NCBI RefSeq assembly: GCF_018350175.1 | Contig: NC_058377.1 | Span: 107,322,001-107,386,000 of the forward strand | Source of the DNA: Felis catus | Lineage: Eukaryota | Direction: 5' to 3' | DNA length: 64,000 nt | Notes under the pieces: model-generated | Database searches by the model: none | Seen by the model: only the letters and a program-made list of their open reading frames with translations | What the model was told of the DNA's origin: nothing | Shown here: positions 13,601 through 24,400 of the stretch, piece by piece | Layout: each line of letters starts with the position of its first letter | Position numbering within the stretch: position 1 is the first letter of the stretch | Made by a program: the position numbers and the translations under genes

Positions 13601-14807
13601 TGGGGACAGGCAGGGGGTCTCAGGGACTTCGGGGCCGCCCCTCACCAATGTGGTCCCGCAGCTCACCCCACGGATCCTGGAAGCCCACCAGAACGTGGCC
13701 CAACTTTCGCTGTCCGAGGCCCAGCTGCGCTTCATCCAGGCCTGGCAGTCCCTGCCTGACTTTGGCATCTCCTATGTCGTGGTCAGGTACGGGCCCCGCC
13801 CCAGCCCCCCTCTGCCCTCCCCTCCTGCCTGGAGAGGGGCACCCCCGAAGCCTCCCTTCCTGCTCTGTGCGGGCGCCCCCTGGGTGCCCTGCCCTCCTGC
13901 GCCCCCGCAGCAGACACCAGAGCAAGAGACCAGGCCAGGGGGGCAGGAGTCCCAGCTCCTGTCCCAGCTCTGCCGCAGCCCGGTCCCTCTCGAGGCCGCG
14001 GTCCGCTGCTATGACACCGAGTGCCCTCTGCCCGTTTTCCCAGCCTGCAGAGACAGCCAGGCAACAGATGACGACGGTACCCACAAAAGTCGTTACCGAA
14101 AGGCCTGGACACTTTGCCTGACGCTGCCTAGAATGCTAGTATAACGATTAGATCAGTTAACCCTCGTCTTCCAGAAGAGGAACTCGAGGCTCAGAGAACC
14201 TAAATGACAGGAGCACAGCGTGCTCCGGAGCACGGCACCGGGCTATCTGGGGTGGGGGGGGGGAGGGGCTCTGGGGCCCGTGCAGGGCAGGGCTCTTGCT
14301 CACACTCTGTCCTCCCGGGGGAACTAGGTTCAAGGGCAGCAGGAAGGATGAGATCCTGGGCATCGCCAACAACAGACTGATCCGCATCGACTTGGCCGTG
14401 GGCGACGTGGTCAAGACCTGGCGCTTCAGCAACATGCGCCAGTGGAACGTCAACTGGGACATCCGGCAGGTGGGCCCGGAGTGGGGACGGGGCGGGGTGG
14501 CCGGGGGGGGGGGGGGGGAAGCAGGGGGCGCGGCCAGGGGTGGGGCCAGACCACAGCGGCCAGGCCAGACCCAGCCAGGGCAGGACAGGGGCTCCCCCAC
14601 CAGCCCCTCTGACCGCTCACTCTGCAGGTCGCCATCGAGTTTGACGAGCACATCAACGTGGCTTTCAGCTGCGTGTCTGCCAGCTGCCGCATTGTGCACG
14701 AGTACATCGGGGGCTACATTTTCCTGTCGACAAGAGAGCGGGCCCGCGGGGAAGAACTGGACGAGGACCTCTTCCTGCAGCTCACAGGAGGCCACGAGGC
14801 CTTCTGA
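379..14807 (+). CDS. FERMT3: Fermitin family homolog 3 (kindlin-3), partial: first coding exon lies upstream of the window
   Basis: GT-AG exons in frame: 379-612, 842-961, 1049-1217, 1441-1543, 11910-12017, 12179-12313, 12403-12452, 12545-12669, 12871-12977, 13104-13337, 13662-13786, 14328-14469, 14628-14807 (TGA). Kindlin peptides: [12 protein letters not shown], Lys-rich F1 loop [16 protein letters not shown] domain [19 protein letters not shown]3 [13 protein letters not shown]-terminus LTGGHEAF. Confidence 0.98.
2793..3004 (-). mobile_element. Can-SINE
   Basis: Poly-T tail, (GA)n and reverse complement of the GGCGCCTG.GTGGCTCAGTCGGTTAAG head. Confidence 0.9.
3578..3802 (-). mobile_element. 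Can-SINE (felid type)
   Basis: Full body; flanked by a gcaaaatggYattt target-site duplication (3567, 3803). Confidence 0.92.
4109..4330 (+). mobile_element. Two adjacent Can-SINEs (short tRNA-like element plus an internally deleted copy)
   Basis: Heads ggggcgcctgcctggctcag (4109) and ggggtgcctgggtggctcag (4216), each followed by A-rich sequence. Confidence 0.85.
4960..5154 (-). mobile_element. Can-SINE with (TA)n tail
   Basis: SINE body; (TA)n at 4962-4998; target-site duplication caaatttgaaaa (4948, 5154). Confidence 0.92.
5295..5549 (-). mobile_element. Can-SINE
   Basis: Full body with a long (GA)n. Confidence 0.92.
6255..6369 (-). mobile_element. Short Can-SINE
   Basis: tRNA-like head ending gagccagccaggcgcccc plus a T-rich tail. 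Confidence 0.85.
6710..6892 (-). mobile_element. Can-SINE
   Basis: Typical body and tail. Confidence 0.9.
7468..7845 (-). mobile_element. Can-SINE with (TTTC)n tail (7468-7738) next to or nested in a short Can-SINE (7741-7845)
   Basis: Two heads; outer direct repeat tctttgtcattt (7449, 7850). Confidence 0.88.
8925..9163 (-). mobile_element. Can-SINE (felid type)
   Basis: Full body; flanked by ttctgWcaacttttt-like repeats. Confidence 0.92.
9437..9813 (+). mobile_element. Internally deleted Can-SINE followed by a full Can-SINE inserted in its A-tail
   Basis: Heads at ~9437 and 9589; aaaaaaaaaagaata repeated on both sides of the second element. Confidence 0.9.
10067..10276 (-). mobile_element. 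Can-SINE
   Basis: Typical body. Confidence 0.9.
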
Positions 14808-15160
14808 GGCCTGTCTTATTGTCCCCACTTTGCTCACTACCTGCTCTGGCCACTCCTAAGCCCACACCCTCTCCAGACAGGCACTGAGCTGGGCACGCTC
14901 CCCTGCTGTCAACTGGCTTCGTGCAGACCGGGGACCTAACTGGACCAGACTCTGCCATCCCCCGGGGGCCAGAGAGGGTGGGCTATGAGCTCGTACGATG
15001 CCCACCCTCTCCTTGTCCGAGTGGCCGAGACCAACACCCCCGACCTAGCTGGAGTCCTGAGCACATCAAGAAGCCCGGCTGTAGCTACAGGATGATTCAT
15101 GGTTTCCAACTGGAATTCCTGTTTTGTCATCTTTCTACATTCCTTTTTTTTTTTTTTTTT

Positions 15161-15175
15161 AATAAATATTTTATT
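15161..15175. terminator. Adjacent convergent polyadenylation signals of FERMT3 (+, AATAAA 15161-15166) and TRPT1 (-, 15170-15175)
   Basis: Sequence aataaa-tat-tttatt directly after a poly-T run; lies at the 3' end of both genes. Confidence 0.85.
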
Positions 15176-17531
15176 GTTGGGTCATCCTTTTTCCTCTGGC
15201 GCTGTGCTTGGGGCCACTCTGACGCTCGGTCTCTTCATCACCAGCCAAGGACAGGGACTTTCCTGAGAGAGACAAGGGTTGGTGAGGGAAAGGGAGACCT
15301 CAGTCAGCCTGGGGCTGGGAGCTGGCAAAGAGGAGAGGGCAGAGGGCACAGGAGGGCGCAGGGTGGTGGTTCTCACGGGTAGGGCGTAACTGCAGGGCCT
15401 CCTTGAAGTACTTGGGAAGCAGGAAGCCATCGGCGTTCCCCGGAGTCAGGATCACCCCGTTGGCAGAGCGGAAGAAGGGGACCCCGTCTGCAGACAAGGC
15501 CGGAGATGTGACTCATGCCTTCTCTGAAGCCCTAGGGCAGTCCCTGCTGTGTCAAGACTCACCTGCCAGGGCCAGGGGCCCATCGATGAACACGGCCACT
15601 TCGCAATTTGGCCGAAGGCCTGTGGAGACAATTGGAGCTGGGACCTGGGGCGCTCGGGGTGGCAGTCTCCAAACTTGGGCAGGCTCAGTGGGAGGTCCCG
15701 GGCTCGGTGCGGGGAAGGGGTTACTGCACCACGCAGAGTATATAGTGGCCTCGGACAAGAGGAGCTATGCCTGGGGGTAGCTTGATCCTTGGGAGAGGGA
15801 CCTGGTAGGAGAAAGTGGGTGGGAGTAGCTGGGGAGGGGCACTGACCACTGATGACACCGGGGTCCCCAGGCAGTCCTGGGGCCAGGTGGATATGTGTCC
15901 TTCCCCGGCAGGACAGGCCCTCGAGCAGGATGGAAGGCCAGTGCCGCCAGAATGTGCCATGGACGAGCGTCAGGGGCAGGGCCTGGGGGGTCTCCAGGGG
16001 CATCAGCTCCAACTCAGGTACCTGGGACGAGTGGGGGAATAGCAGTGAGACCCCCTCACAGGCAGGGGTCCCACCTGGCTCTCCCACGTGTCCCCTTAAG
16101 CCCCTACCTGCAGGGAGTGACCCTGATTGGCCCGGATGAGAGGGCCAGTGCTGGGGTCCCCTGGCTGCAGGGCGAACCGCTGTTTCTGGCTGGTGTCCAC
16201 CACGCGCCGAACATCCTCAGCTGAGAAGCCGCAGAACTGGGGCAGCTGGAGGAGGGCATCCAGGGGCACGAAGCCATCTGCAGACAGGCAGGGTGCTCAG
16301 GCCTGGGTCAAAGTTAAGAGGGGGAACTCCAGGCAACCAGAACAGAGCCTGGGCCTGGGGGGGGGGGGAGGGGAGTCACAGGGGCTCATCTGTGTGACCT
16401 TCTGGCGCAGATAGGGAAACTGAGGCCCGGCAAGCAAGATTTGCCCAAGGTCACACTGTGTCCGCCACGGCTCCCGGGGGAAAAGGAGCCGCCGCGCTCC
16501 AGGCTCGTGGGTCTGCCCTGCAAAGCGGGCCTGAGGAGGGGGCCGGGGCGGAAGCTTCTGAGCAGTCCAAGACAGAGCTGGGAAGAGGAAGACAGACTAG
16601 CAGGCTCACCAACTCCGGTGGTGGCCGAGCAGCCGACCCTGAGGGCCCTGGGCACAGGGAGCGGCCAATGAGAAGCCGAGAAAGAAGGGGGCGGGCGCTT
16701 CCGCTTCAGGTGAACGGGCGGCCCTTTCTGGGCCTCAGTTTCCTCCACTTACATGGGAATGGGATCTGCCTCATGGAGGGTCACAAAGATAAAATGACCC
16801 TTTTTAGCATAGTACCCTTCCCAGAGTGGGTACTCAGTAAACACCAGTTACTTCAATACCCCCCAGTGCCCACTCCTGGGGTAAGTGTTTATTGGGCCAC
16901 TGCACCACAGGTATCACCAGGCATGGCCTGGACAGAGGGTCCTCTCCCAGTTTGCTCCAGACATGATATTGGGCTCTGGGCCTCGGGGTTCCCTGAAAAT
17001 GGAGAGGATGTGCCCTCTGTACCGTCCCCATAGGGCCATGGGGTAGGACAGCCACAGATAGGCTCATACTGCTCCCTCCCTCCAACCACTCCTCACCCCA
17101 GTCTTTAAGACTCTCACTTACCAGCCCTCATGGGAAGCCCCAGCTTCAGGGCCCCGTGACGCAGAGCGTAGGACAAAGCCTTGGACAGTTGCACATCTCG
17201 GTCCTGTAAGAGCCCAGAGGTGGCCCCTGGTCCCTGTAGTGCTCCTGCCCTGCTGCCCACCCTGAAGTCTGAGTGACCCACTGCAGAGGGAGACCAGAGG
17301 GAGAGGAATCCCTGTGCTCTCTGGGAAGAGTATGACCCATCAGCGCCCACTCCCATCCCCCCAGCATATTCCAGGGAGCCAGGGCTGAGTCCTCCTCCTT
17401 TACCCTCCCACCAAGAAAGGGGGTGGGGTGGGGTGGTGAGGGTGGAGGGGGCGCACCTGTTCCCGGGGTCTGTGAGCCCTTCTACCCCTGGGTCCTGCAG
17501 CTTCCTGCCTCCTTCCTCCAGGGGAGTTCAT
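15171..17531 (-). CDS. TRPT1: tRNA 2'-phosphotransferase 1 (Tpt1/KptA family), 253 aa
   Basis: Minus-strand exons 17531-17457, 17203-17122, 16277-16108, 16021-15847, 15619-15563, 15487-15377, 15262-15171 (TAA); 762 nt total. Tpt1 motifs LSKALSYALRH, KQRF, IRANQGHS, LVHGT, RTHIHL, FFRSANGVILTPG. Confidence 0.97.
16411..16714 (+). repeat. Local direct duplicate of 17691-18011 (TRPT1/NUDT22 promoter region) inside a TRPT1 intron
   Basis: 16411-16507 is identical to 17691-17787; the remainder aligns with substitutions and a ~17-nt deletion. Confidence 0.95.
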
Positions 17532-17879
17532 GGCTAAGACCTGCTGGGTACAGTGATAATGTGGGGACTGTTAAGGACCCTTTCGTGTCCCCACCCTGCC
17601 CAGCAAGTCACAAAGCCTCAGGATGTGAGAGCTGGGACAGGGACATTCAGCTCATTAAATTCACTTCCCACCCCCAACTCCTTCCTGCAAATAGGGAAAC
17701 TGAGGCCCGGCAAGCAAGATTTGCCCAAGGTCACACTGTGTCCGCCACGGCTCCCGGGGGAAAAGGAGCCGCCGCGCTCCAGGCTCGCGGGTCTGCCTCG
17801 CAAAGCGGGCCTGAGGAGGAGGCCGGGCGTTCAGGCTAACGGGGCGGAAGCTTCTGAGCAGGCCAAGACAGAGCTGGGA

Positions 17880-18046
17880 GGAGGAAGACAGAGACTAGCA
17901 GGCTCACCAACTCCGGTGGTGGCCGAGCAGCCGACCCCGAGGGCCCCGGGCCAGGGAGCGGCCAATGAGAAGCCGAGGAAGAAGGGGGCGGGCACTTCCG
18001 CTTCAGGCGAAGGGGAGGAGCCTGCGGGCCGCGTCGGCCGGTGAGT
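17880..18046. promoter_or_regulatory. Bidirectional promoter and non-coding first exons of TRPT1 (-) and NUDT22 (+)
   Basis: CCAAT (17962), GC box ggggcggg, ETS cacttccg (~17993); minus-strand donor GTGAGCC at 17907-17901; plus-strand donor GTGAGT at 18041; head-to-head gene arrangement. Confidence 0.8.
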
Positions 18047-18390
18047 GCCGGCTGGACGTTTGAGCTTCCGGACCCCGGAAGGGGTCCCGGCGCATCAGAG
18101 GTTGAAGGCAGGATCCTGGGTTTGGGAGAAATGGGCATAAAGGGGTGGCTGGACCCAGGACCGTGGGGTGCGCGTGAGTCCCAGGGATGTCTGGCTGCAG
18201 GGACCTCCGGGCTCTTAGGATAAGACACTTCACTGCCCAGGGAGTGGTCAAGGGGGTACAGAAGGGCTGGGGGTACACCTCGGGAGGTCTGTGGCAGAGG
18301 GGGCCAGCTGCCGGGGCCAAGGGTCGCTGTGGGGCTCTCAGGGTGACAAGCCCGGCTGTGTCCTCCCCCCAGAGCTGCCCCGTCCAGACT

Positions 18391-20578
18391 ATGGACCCTG
18401 AAGTGTCCCTGCTGCTGCAGTGCCCCCCAGGTGGGCTGCCGGAGGAGCAGGTGCAGGCTGAGCTGAGCCCAGACTATGACCGTCGCCCACTACCAGGAGG
18501 GGACCAGGCCATCGCTGCCATCTGGGAGAGCCGGCTGCAGGCTCAGCCCTGGCTCTTTGACGCCCCCAAGTTCCGCCTGCACTCAGCCATCCTGGCACCC
18601 ACTGGCTCACAGGGGCCACAGCTGCTCCTGCGCCTGGGCCTTACTTCCTACCGAGACTTCCTGGGCACTAACTGGGCCAGCTCAGCTGCCTGGCTGCGAC
18701 AGCAGGGGGCCACTGACTGGGGTGACAAGCAGGCCTACCTGGCAGACCCGCTGGGGGTTGGCGCCACACTGGCCACTGCAGATAACTTCCTTGTCTTCCT
18801 GCGTCGCTCTCGGCAGGTGGCTGAGGCACCTGGACTGGTGGACGTGCCTGGTGGGCACCCTGAGCCTCAGGTGAGATGCCGGCCTGGGTGCAAAGGCACA
18901 AAGACTCAGTTCAGCTTTGTTTTCTTCATCCCTTAAAGGGGGGATTGGCCTAGTGCTTCTCTGAAAGTCTGCTCAGGGCAGCACCTCAGCCTCCCCACTG
19001 ACCCTTATCCCAGGCCTGTGGGAAGCTAGGGAATGATGGGGAGGGGTGGGGGCTGGGGGGCAGAGGACCTAGCTGGATTTCTGGTTTTCCATCTGGAAAA
19101 GGTGGGCCCGGGTCGGGGGGTCACCAAGACTCAACTCTGTGCCTAACCAGGCCCTCAGGGCCAGCAAATATGTGGGGAGGCAGGCTGGGAAGAGATGGGG
19201 ATAGGGGCTGAGCCTGACCTCTCCCAGGCCCTGTGCCCTGGTGACAGCCCCCTGCACAAAGACCTCCCTGGGGAGCTGGTGGTGCACGAACTCTTCTCCA
19301 GTGTTCTCCAGGAGATCTGTGACGAGGTGAGTGAGGAGGGGTGGCCCCGACAGGTGGGCAAGAAGCGAGGGGGTAGAACATACCAGAATTCCACAGGTGT
19401 GGGCTGGCGGGAGGGTCTGCAGGCATCTGGCATTGAGGAAAGAGCTTGGCTTTGCAGCTAGACACAAGTGGAGTGGAATTCTAGCCCCCCGTTTCTGCGT
19501 GCCTCAAGCTCTTCCGCTTTACAAGGAGAACAACGATAAATGTCTTGCCTATTTCCACCCACCACCCCGTTTGTTGATGAGAGGAGTAAATGAGAGTCCC
19601 AGTCACAATGAACTTGCCTTGGGTGACCTTGAGCGGTTGGTTGTTCAATATCTCAGGTTCTGCTTTCCCATCTGTAACATGAACATGCCCGGGCTCTGAC
19701 ATTCTGTGATTCTGGGCACTTGAACTGCAAGCTGTAAAATGCTGTAAACAAGGGTAACGTTCTCCCTTGAGAGGGGCAGGGATGGGGACGCTGGGCACTG
19801 ACTGGTGGACCCCCTGCCCCAGGTGAATGTGCCGCTGCACACCCTGAGCCAGCCACGGCTGTTGGGCATTGCCCGCAATGAGACCAGTGCCGGCCGTGCC
19901 AGTGCCGAGTTCTACGTCCAGTGAGTGAGCTCTGGGGTGCAGGGTCCTGGGTCCTGGGGTAGGTGGGTGGCTGAGGGGAATGGCTGAGGCAGCTGGGGTT
20001 CCACAAGGACCCGCCAGGGACTGGGCACTCCCCACGCCACTCTCATGTCCTTGTGCAGGTGCAGCCTGACTTCTGAGCAGGTGAAGAAGCACTATGTAAG
20101 TGGGGGAGCTGAGGCCCACGAATCTACGGGAATCATCTTTGTGGAAACACAGGTGTGAATGAGCAAGATGTATCTCGCTTGGACAAGCTGCTGGTGTTGG
20201 GGCTTGTGTAGGCCTGGTGATCCATGGCTGTCTCCCCGGGGCTGGGTCAGATGAAGCCGCCACATCTTAGAGCTTTCCTCCAGGGCCACAAGACTTCACT
20301 GGGGATGCCCTCAGCCCAAGAGAGGTCCAGGAACCTCTACAGCCTCCTTAACGTGTCTCCCTAGGGACGGTGAAGTGCAGAGGGTTCTGAGGCTCAGGAA
20401 CACTGGGCACGGCCCCTGCAAGAGACCCGAGGGCTGGACGTAAGGGAGTCTTACTTTCTCCCCACAGAGCGTGCGGAGGTTGCAGGAGACCGAAATGTGG
20501 GCTGAGCTCTGCCCCTCGGCCAAAGGCGCTATTTTCCTCTACAACCAGGTCCAGGAAGTCCCACCTGAGTCGCCCTAG
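18391..20578 (+). CDS. NUDT22: Nudix hydrolase 22 (UDP-glucose pyrophosphatase), 293 aa
   Basis: Exons 18391-18870, 19228-19326, 19823-19920, 20059-20152, 20468-20578 (TAG). [12 protein letters not shown] start, [43 protein letters not shown] at 20607-20612. Confidence 0.96.
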
Positions 20579-20879
20579 TCCCCAGCCCTATCACAACTTG
20601 AAAGACAATAAAGGACTTTATTCTTGGATTCCATCGGCATCTGCTGTTTTCATGAGACAGGGAACGGGCGCTGGGAGAGATCTGGGTGTGGGAGAGAGAC
20701 CGGGCGAGTGTCCTGGGGGGAAAAACAAAAACAAAGAAACCCAGCCTCAGTTTTTGCCGTCTGCAAACTGAGATGAGGGCCGTGCCTCCTTGCCCAGGCT
20801 GTGGTGAGGGTCCGGGTCTCCTATAGCTGCTTTATAAAGGACACCTCGCTGCAGAGCAGAGTAACAGGTATGTTCCCGG

Positions 20880-21200
20880 GACGAAGCCACAAAAGCGGGG
20901 CGGACAGCCTCACTGAGGACGGCAACGCCGGCGTCTTTCCGCAGGTCCGCGGGCCTCGACCTCGTTGGGTGGGCCCGAGGCGCCAAAGGCCAATGGGCGT
21001 GCGGGGGTGGGGCCTTCCGAAGCAGTCCGGGCCTTCCGGCTTGGTGGGCGTGGCCCGGGTGTCTAGGCCAATGAGAACGTGGAGGTGGAGCCTGAATAGG
21101 CGCAGAGACGGCCGTGGCCGCGAAATCCGTGAGCGCGGCGGAGGCGGGGCTTGGCGTGGCCCCTCCTTCACCTCCTCCCGCCAGGGTGGTGGGGAGAGGG
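20880..21200 (+). promoter_or_regulatory. CpG-island promoter of DNAJC4
   Basis: CpG-rich; two CCAAT boxes (~20990, ~21068), GC boxes and cttccg ETS motifs upstream of the DNAJC4 start. Confidence 0.65.
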
Positions 21201-21483
21201 TCTCCGCGTCCGGGACTGGTTGTCCCGGACGCCGAGACCAGTGTGGGGGAGGGCCCAGGACGCGCGGGTCAGAAGCAGGGACAGATTCAGGACACTGGGG
21301 TTTGGTCCTGAGTAAAGGAGGCCCCACTGCCCCTGGGTCTCCCAAGCCTGCTTCAGTTTGCCTTCGCAAGTAAACGGGGCTGGACCCTCCACTTTGGCCC
21401 CGGAGTGCTTGACGTCTGGTCCCATCCTGGTCTCAATGCACTGCTCTTTGTGGCCTCGTTTCACCAGCCGTCTGCCTGTCGCC

Positions 21484-24400
21484 ATGCTGTCCCTGTGCCT
21501 GTGCCGGTTATGGCCCCGCAGCCCTCCCACCCGGCTCTTCTCAGCGGCCACCGGGCAGCGGTGAGTCGGGGGCCGGGGGGCATGGCCCCCGTCACCCAGT
21601 GGGTTGAGGAAGGCCTGCCCAGCTCTAGGCTTGGACCTGGGTACTATGATAGTTGTGATCTCTGTACTTGCTGTCAGGTGCTGTACGGGCTTGTTTCAGG
21701 TAACCCTCACCTTCACTACTGAGGACACAAGATCAAAGATTAAGGGACGATCCCTCAGATCATACAGCGAGTTAAGTGGCAAAAAGTGGAATTTGAGTCC
21801 AAGCCAGGCTCAGTGCTCTTTTCACAACTCTAGTGGTCAAGCATCACTGGGCATAACTCACTTGGGGGCTTGGGGCGGGATGGGGGGTTTACAAAAATAC
21901 AGATTTCTGGGCCCTGTTCTGCAGGAATTAAGTGGGGGCTGAGGGATCTGTTTTTGTTTTGTTTTTTTTAATATATTGTTTTTAACAGTTTATTCCCTTT
22001 TTGAGAGTCAGAGTGCAAGCAGAGCAGGGGCAGAGAGAGAGGGAGACACAGAATCCGAAACAGGCTCCAGGCTCCGAGCTGTCAGCACAGAGCCCGACGC
22101 GGGCTCGAACTCACGGACCATGAGATCGTGACCTGAGCCGAAGTCGGACGCTCAACTGACGAAGCCATCCAGGCGCCCCTGGAATCTGTTTTTTTTAAAC
22201 GGGCTTTCTGGGTGGTCCTGAGCCAAGGGATCTGAGGGCTACACTATGAGATGTTCTGATCTGCACCATGCCTGAAGTGTTCAAAAAGGGAGGGATGATT
22301 TGGAGATAGATCTCCCTTGGCAGCAGCCTCAGCTTTCTCACCTCCTGGTTACTGACTTGAAGAGTGTGGCCCAGAAGGGCTGAGAGGCGGAGGAGAGGCA
22401 TATTCTCTGTGTTTCCATAGCCCCTGCAGTTTTTGGCCTGTCTCCACAGGTCTGGCCCCAGGAACTACTACGAACTGTTAGGGGTGCATCCTAGCGCCAG
22501 CACTGAAGAAGTTAAACGAGCTTTCTTCTCCAAGTCCAAAGAGGTACCAGTGGCCCTAGGTGGGGAGGAGGGGGTGTAAGTCTGAGCCAGATAGGGTACA
22601 CTTCACATTCCCAGGAATGGTGCTGAGTGGCTCACTCTGGATGGTGCCACATTCCCTTGGCATGTATAGAGAGCGAGAGATGCCCCCAGGGCAGAGGTTA
22701 GGCCCATTGGGAGGAAAGGTTGGGGTTGGGGGCCAGGGGTTGTGTGTGATGGGCTGGGCTTGTTTCTTTTGACCTGCCTGCTCTAGAGAAAGCTCGGACC
22801 AGGGCATATTGCTAGAGCCAGGCAGCTGGTGGGGAGGGCTTGAACAAGGGGAGGGGGCAGGAGTCTGTGCTTCCTGACTCTCTGGCCTTCTGGACGGGTG
22901 GGCAGCCCTGAGAGTGAGGGTTACTGTCCAGGCAGGGCCTCTGGGAATGATCTGAGCCTTTGTGGGTGGACATGGTGGGGACGGGTTCTGTGAACGGACG
23001 TGGAAAAAGACCTGAAGGGAGTCCTGCCCCACCCCAGCTGCACCCTGACCGGGACCCCGGGAACCCGGCCCTGCATAGCCGCTTTGTGGAGCTGAGCGAA
23101 GCATACCGAGTGCTCAGCCGGGAGGAGAGCCGCCTCAGCTATGATCGCCAGCTCTGCTCAGCCACTTCTCCAAAGTCTCCAGGAAGAACAGCCCGTCCTG
23201 GGTCTGCTCAAGCACACAGGTACAGTCGTCCTGCCCCTGGCCTCGTCCCTCCCCCCTCCCCGCCCCCCGTCTCCCAGGGAGCCTCATCCCCACCTTGTCC
23301 TTTCTTCTCCCTCCCAACAGCTCCTGGGAATCCCCCAATGCCCAATACTGGGCCCAGTTTCACAGTGTGAGGCCTCAGCGACCAGAGTCAAGGCAGCAGC
23401 AGCACAAACACAACCAGCGGGTGCTGGGGTACTGCCTCCTGATCATGTTGGCGGGCATGGGCCTGCACTATGCTGCTTTCAGGTGCATCCCTGCCTTCTC
23501 CCTGGGGTGATGGGCAGAGGGCGGAGGGCCGGGGAAGCCCAGTGTGGTCAGCCACGCAAGCCCCCCACCCCCGTGGCCTGCACTTCTGTGCCTCTCCAGC
23601 TGAGAATTGCCCGAGACAGGTCTCCGGGGCCTCTCCTTACTTGGCAAAGGCAGCTCTACACTCGCTGAAGGCGAACGTTGTCATTTTCAGAGTTTTGTGA
23701 TTTGAATGTAAATCTTTGATGCCAGCTGCCAGGGTGTGCTGGAGCCAACGAAAATCGTGCACTCAAAGGAAATGCATTGGAACTGGGCCTCACAAGCAAC
23801 TGTCCTCCCTTGTTTGGCAATCGGCTGTCTCCCTGCCACTTTTATGCATGGCACAGACACTGAGGTTCTATGACAAAGATACCTAAAGGCTGGTGCCCAC
23901 TGCCTAGTTCAGTGATGGGAGTTAGGTGTAACGCTCTTTCTAGTCTCCTGTGAGACTAGACCAAACCCTGGTGTTTGGAGCTGCTGTCACCACCTTCGAC
24001 AAGACAGCCAGGGACCTGGGTCATCAGTGGTCCCTGGATAAGCCCCGGCCCTTCGGTGCCCCTCTCCCTGCCTAGCACAGGCAGTTAGGCAGAGGTCCTC
24101 ACAGATGGAAAACTTTGAGACCCTAGAGTGGCGTGGTGGCGGTGGGGGTGGGGTGGATCTCGGGGACAGCAGGGGTTGGGAAACCCAGGGTTAATTGCAA
24201 CCCCCTTGCAGGAAGCTGGAGCAGATCCACCGCAGCTTCATGGATGAAAAGGATCGGATCATCACAGCCATCTACAATGACACACGGGCCCGGGCCAGGT
24301 CCGTCCCTGCTCTGTCCTGCCTTCTCTTTACTGTCCTGACATCACCCTCCAGGATCCTCTGTCCTGACCACCCAGGTGCTCTCTCCCGCAGGGCCAACAG

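Noticed and set aside
21436-21483. In-frame upstream ATG that could extend DNAJC4
   Set aside because: It lies upstream of a likely acceptor (tttcaccag, ~21467), so it is probably intronic; ATG 21484 has a good gccATG context.
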